Shown piece after piece: positions 52,344 to 57,516 of a stretch of 57,516 bases of DNA. The number at the start of each line of letters is the position of its first letter. The stretch's first letter is position 1. Where the stretch lies: positions 7,227,643 through 7,285,158 of the forward strand of contig NC_069002.1 of assembly GCF_001194135.2 (NCBI RefSeq), in the 5' to 3' direction. Source of the DNA: Octopus bimaculoides. Taxonomy: Eukaryota. The position numbers and the translations under genes are program-made. The notes beneath the pieces were generated by a model. That model worked only from the letters and a program-made list of their open reading frames with translations, did no database searches and was not told where the DNA came from.

Positions 52344-53539
52344 TAATAATAACAACAACAGCAATAAGGATTTCATTTCTTTACCACCAGAGAGGATAAG
52401 GGAACAATACAAAGACACAAAGTGTAGGGATTTACATATAAGGAAATGATAAAATAATTAAGAAAAAAATGGAGGTAAGTAGACATGGTGTAGAATGAAA
52501 AGCGGGGAAGTATATATAGTATACGAAGTTTTAAAAAAGTGGAGGAATCCTTTCCGCTATAGGCTGAAGGGGACTGAGATTTTAGGGGAACGTTTATCAA
52601 TTAGATCGAAGGCGGTACTTATTGCGTCGATCTCATAAGGATGAATGGCAAAGACTGCTTGGATGGCACTTCAACTCGAATCGCAAACGGGGAGAAACGC
52701 CACTAAGCGCTAAATATAATCCTTTCGACTATAAGCACAAAACCAGACATTTTTCTGGGAGTGGCAGGTCAATTACATCAATCCCAATGCTCAGCTGGTA
52801 ATTATTAGCTAAACCCCGAAAAGATGACACAGTTTGCGAAAGAACAGCCAAAAAGTATACACTTTGCAACATAGCTCTAGATCCTTGAAAATTGATAGTT
52901 ATGAAAATAACATAAACTTGAAACCGGTTAAGTGTTTTCATATATATATATGTACATGCAGATATANNNNNNNNNNNNNNNNNNNNNNNNNNNNNNNNNN
53001 NNNNNNNNNNNNNNNNNNNNNNNNNNNNNNNNNNNNNNNNNNNNNNNNNNNNNNNNNNNNNNNNNNNNNNNNNNNNNNNNNNNNNNNNNNNNNNNNNNNN
53101 NNNNNNNNNNNNNNNNNNNNNNNNNNNNNNNNNNNNNNNNNNNNNNNNNNNNNNNNNNNNNNNNNNNNNNNNNNNNNNNNNNNNNNNNNNNNNNNNNNNN
53201 NNNNNNNNNNNNNNNNNNNNNNNNNNNNNNNNNNNNNNNNNNNNNNNNNNNNNNNNNNNNNNNNNNNNNNNNNNNNNNNNNNNNNNNNNNNNNNNNNNNN
53301 NNNNNNNNNNNNNNNNNNNNNNNNNNNNATATATATGCATATATGTGTGCGCATGTATATAAATACATACATATATACACGCATTCGTATACACATATAT
53401 ATGATGCGTATTTACGTATATGCCCTGTGTGCTTACGTGCGCATGCGCGATCACTTTACAGCTCATCACCATACGTGCCACATACTCAAATTGACTTCAC
53501 ATCCTCCTCTCCCTTTCTCTGAGCGTGTCACTCATGTAT

Positions 53540-53604
53540 CACCATTAAACTGAACGCTGATGGACGACACGTGTCGTCACGTGACCAATAAGTGGCGCGC
53601 CAAA
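53540..53604. promoter_or_regulatory. Candidate cis-regulatory or promoter motif cluster
   Basis: CACCATTAAA; 16-bp palindrome GACGACACGTGTCGTC; GTCACGTGAC; CCAAT; TAAGTGG; GGCGCGCCAAA (E2F-like), all within 65 bp of CpG-rich unique DNA. Confidence 0.45.
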
Positions 53605-54757
53605 CTTGAACGTCCCGTCCCACCTCCCTCGCCAATTACCTCTTCCCGCTACTCATACAACCGCTGAAACTGAGCAGATTTTTATACAAATTAGTTGTTT
53701 GTTCAATTCATTAAGTATAGTGGTTGGGGATTAGGTGGGGGGGGGAAGTAGGTCCAGTGGTAGTGGCGGTGGTGATGGTGGTTGTGGTGGTGATTGAGGA
53801 GGTGATGTTAGGAGTGATGGTGTTTTTCTAGTGGCAGTGATAGTGGTGTTGGCTGTGATTGTTGTTGTGTGGCGGCGGTGGTGGTACACTGTAACAGGAT
53901 TCGAATTCAGAAATTGAAATGTCAGGAGAAACAGAATAAGAATATTGTCCAATGTGCTGACCAGAGGTATACTCCAAACGACTCGACCTAGGGCTAAACA
54001 GTAACATTGACAACAGTAGCAACAATAACAGCAACAACAGAAGCAATCCAATATATAGGAATTGTTTTTTTTTTATTCTGCGTTTTCTGCTAGTCTGTGT
54101 ATTTAGTATATATTGATATGTATATTTACTACACGCTTTATTGAAATATATATATATATATATAACACAAAAACAGTTAGATTCTCTTCAACATTTAAAT
54201 TTAATTTGTTATAATATATTCGTCGCTTTGAAACCGCGACCTGTTCACTGAGAAAATTCCGCGCTGCATCTGTATATATANNNNNNNNNNNNNNNNNNNN
54301 NNNNNNNNNNNNNNNNNNNNNNNNNNNNNNNNNNNNNNNNNNNNNNNNNNNNNNNNNNNNNNNNNNNNNNNNNNNNNNNNNNNNNNNNNNNNNNNNNNNN
54401 NNNNNNNNNNNNNNNNNNNNNNNNNNNNNNNNNNNNNNNNNNNNNNNNNNNNNNNNNNNNNNNNNNNNNNNNNNNNNNNNNNNNNNNNNNNNNNNNNNNN
54501 NNNNNNNNNNNNNNNNNNNNNNNNNNNNNNNNNNNNNNNNNNNNNNNNNNNNNNNNNNNNNNNNNNNNNNNNNNNNNNNNNNNNNNNNNNNNNNNNNNNN
54601 NNNNNNNNNNNNNNNNNNNNNNNNNNNNNNNNNNNNNNNNNNNNNNNNNNNNNNNNNNNNNNNNNNNNNNNNNNNNNNNNNNNNNNNNNNNNNNNNNNNN
54701 NNNNNNNNNNNNNNNNNNNNNNNNNNNNNNNNNNNNNNNNNNNNNNNNNNNNNNNNN

Positions 54758-54791
<34 letters not shown>

Positions 54792-55537
54792 TATATATTT
54801 GTGTGTATATACGTACATATATACGTGTGTGTGTAGATATATATATAACATACCAGCATCAAACCATACACAGATACGCACACACAAACATACACAAACA
54901 CACACACTCAGGATGATCTTCGCTCTCACTCGCCGACACCCACCCGTCCACCCCGAAACGTATCAAGATTAATAGGTGAAAAAGAAAACTTAGCATAATA
55001 TCACCCTGAGGAATAAGATACGTCTTAATTGTAATGGCACCGTTAACCTGTTAAGGCAAGCCTCACCCTACGACATCGGCTTAAATAGTCACATTGCTCC
55101 ACTCGGTTAGGTACACGAAGGTGTCAAGTTTGTTGTTTTAAGTCTACCCGTTGTGGTCTTTATTTATTTAACATTTTACTCACAAAACACGACCAAATAA
55201 CAGAAGTTTAATGAAAAGTAGTTATAAGCTCATAAATATTAATTGTGACTGCTTTGCTTCTGTGTATGTATGTATGTATGTATGTATGTATGCATATATC
55301 TGTGCGTGTTTTTATGAATGGATGTATCTGTAGGCGTGTATATATATATATATATGTGTGTGTCTGTGTGTGTGTTTGTGTACATATATCTGTGCATGTG
55401 TGTCTGTATACAGATACCTGTTTGTGTGTATGTATGTATCTATCTCTCTTCTTTTCTTCTCTGTCTCTAAGTACATATATATGTATATATATATATATAC
55501 GTGTGTATATATATTTATATTTACATATACATATATA

Positions 55538-55603
<66 letters not shown>

Positions 55604-56330
55604 CATACATAAACATATGTATATACACAGCTATATATACATATATGTGTGTACATATTTATGTATATGTATATGTATGTACATTTGCATATGTGTGTAT
55701 CGTTGTATACATGCATGTGAATGAGTGTTTAGTATCAATTTATTTTGTGTTTATATGGTCAGTGATAATGGGCCGTAGTTTTAAATCATGAAATTGGACA
55801 TTGGTATGTATACTTCAGAAAATGAGCCTCGTATCGACAGATAATATGGTGGTGCGGATATAAAGAGGATTCTAATTGACCTGACCTGTTGACACCATCA
55901 TGGTGTGAGTGCTACTGTTGATCATTTATAGGTCAAACGGTCGTGTCGCTGTTGCTGTTTGTCTGTGGGGCATATATATTTGTTTGTTATTGATGTAATT
56001 TTCAATGTAAAATTGTAGTTATTAAGCTCTTTATTCGTTGTCCACAATACAAGACACAAACCACTTTCTTTTTATTTTTATCTTGCTGTGATGAAAGACA
56101 AATATCCGAATCGTTAAATTCTGCCATGCCCACAGTAGAGATGTAAGGGATGTGTTTTAAATCATTAATCGACTTGGCACCGACTCCTCAAACTTATGCA
56201 GTTTGGTCACACGGTACATAAGCACATCTTCTGTTGCAGATAGATTACGAGGTTACCAGTTCAAAATGGTGGCCGACACTTAGATTCGGGCAACATATTG
56301 CTTATATTAACACATAGGGACAAGGGAAGG

Positions 56331-56435
56331 CATGGTCGACTGCTGGTCTCCCATAGACAACCTTACCCGGGCTTGTGACTTGGAGGAGAACTTTCTAGGG
56401 GCAATTCCATAGTCATTCGTTACCAAAGAGGTCTT
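56331..56435 (+). mobile_element. SINE family C 3' fragment
   Basis: GGTCGACTGCTGGTCTCCCATAGACAACC...CTTTCTAGGGGCAATTCCATAGTCATTCGTTACCAAAGAGGTCT aligns with 12828-12927. Confidence 0.65.
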
Positions 56436-56506
56436 CAGCCTCTTTGTGAGTGTGTGTATATATATATATATATATGTATGTATAAATGTTTACATATATA
56501 TATACA

Positions 56507-56559
<53 letters not shown>

Positions 56560-56894
56560 NNNNNNNNNNNNNNNNNNNNNNNNNNNNNNNNNNNNNNNNN
56601 NNNNNNNNNNNNNNNNNNNNNNNNNNNNNNNNNNNNNNNNNNNNNNNNNNNNNNNNNNNNNNNNNNNNNNNNNNNNNNNNNNNNNNNNNNNNNNNNNNNN
56701 NNNNNNNNNNNNNNNNNNNNNNNNNNNNNNNNNNNNNNNNNNNNNNNNNNNNNNNNNNNNNNNNNNNNNNNNNNCACCAAGGATCGTAAGAATGTACTAA
56801 TCTACACGGTCTTTGTGTTCATACTCCATGAAAATAATCTTCAGAATTTATACGTGTGTATCTTCGCACGTACACGAAACCCCATCGTAAGATC

Positions 56895-56973
<79 letters not shown>

Positions 56974-57169
56974 CATAGACACTCAAACACATATTCTTAT
57001 ATGTAAGCATTTTTTTATTTGCATCGCTCTGTAAACGATGAAGCTTCGACCTGTTTTCCTATCATAATACGCCATATACATTACACATATATCCTCATTG
57101 AAATATGTATATATATATATATATGTAAATGATTATGCATGTATGTGGCTGTTTGTATAGGTTTACATT

Positions 57170-57215
<46 letters not shown>

Positions 57216-57459
57216 ATTATGTGTGTGTTTGTATGTATGAATACAAATAGGCTTTCTCGACAGCTTTGTTATTCTGATCTCACACGGACCTATGAGATCA
57301 GTCAGTCCTTCAAATAGATAAGCCAGATTAATTTATAGTCCGGATTGTAAAAATATCACATGCATACATAGCCACACACACACACACTCCGATACTCGCA
57401 TATACACATATATACATTCAGACATATATACACCTATACGTACATCAATGCTCACTTAA

Positions 57460-57516
<57 letters not shown>

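Noticed and set aside
53938-53958. STLDNIL as an eh1 motif of NK1 exon 1 (ORF 53731-54051 -)
   Set aside because: It lacks the invariant Phe and the NK1-type DILDP context, and the ORF has a low-complexity start and ends in a stop without an evident phase-1 donor.

Overview
Eukaryotic draft-assembly sequence: AT-rich, saturated with microsatellites, and with about 29 N-gaps totalling roughly 12 kb (~21%). The repeat landscape (tRNA-headed CORE-like SINEs, mariner MITEs, an R4/Dong LINE end) looks like an octopus genome, most plausibly an Octopus bimaculoides-type short-read assembly; this is an inference from recalled repeat families. I can support only one protein-coding feature: the terminal, homeobox-containing exon of an NK1/slouch (Nkx1) gene on the minus strand (6066->5063). 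Its upstream exon(s) are not recognisable in the resolved sequence. Almost every other ORF in the track is a microsatellite or gap artefact. The rest is SINEs, DNA-transposon and LINE relics, simple repeats and a few unique motif-dense islands. The most interesting items are two hammerhead-ribozyme-like motifs (46911-46950 and 38290-38316), a candidate mesoderm/muscle enhancer with an abutting NK-site and CArG box plus a CSL site and an E-box (19260-19430), two islands sharing a CACCATTAAA...CACGTGAC grammar (50843 and 53540), two long hairpins (24776-24905, 38766-38862) and a degenerate ~245-bp tandem unit that keeps GGATAAAA motifs (34150-34690). I see no CRISPR, rRNA or true tRNA gene, and no convincing new multi-gene system.
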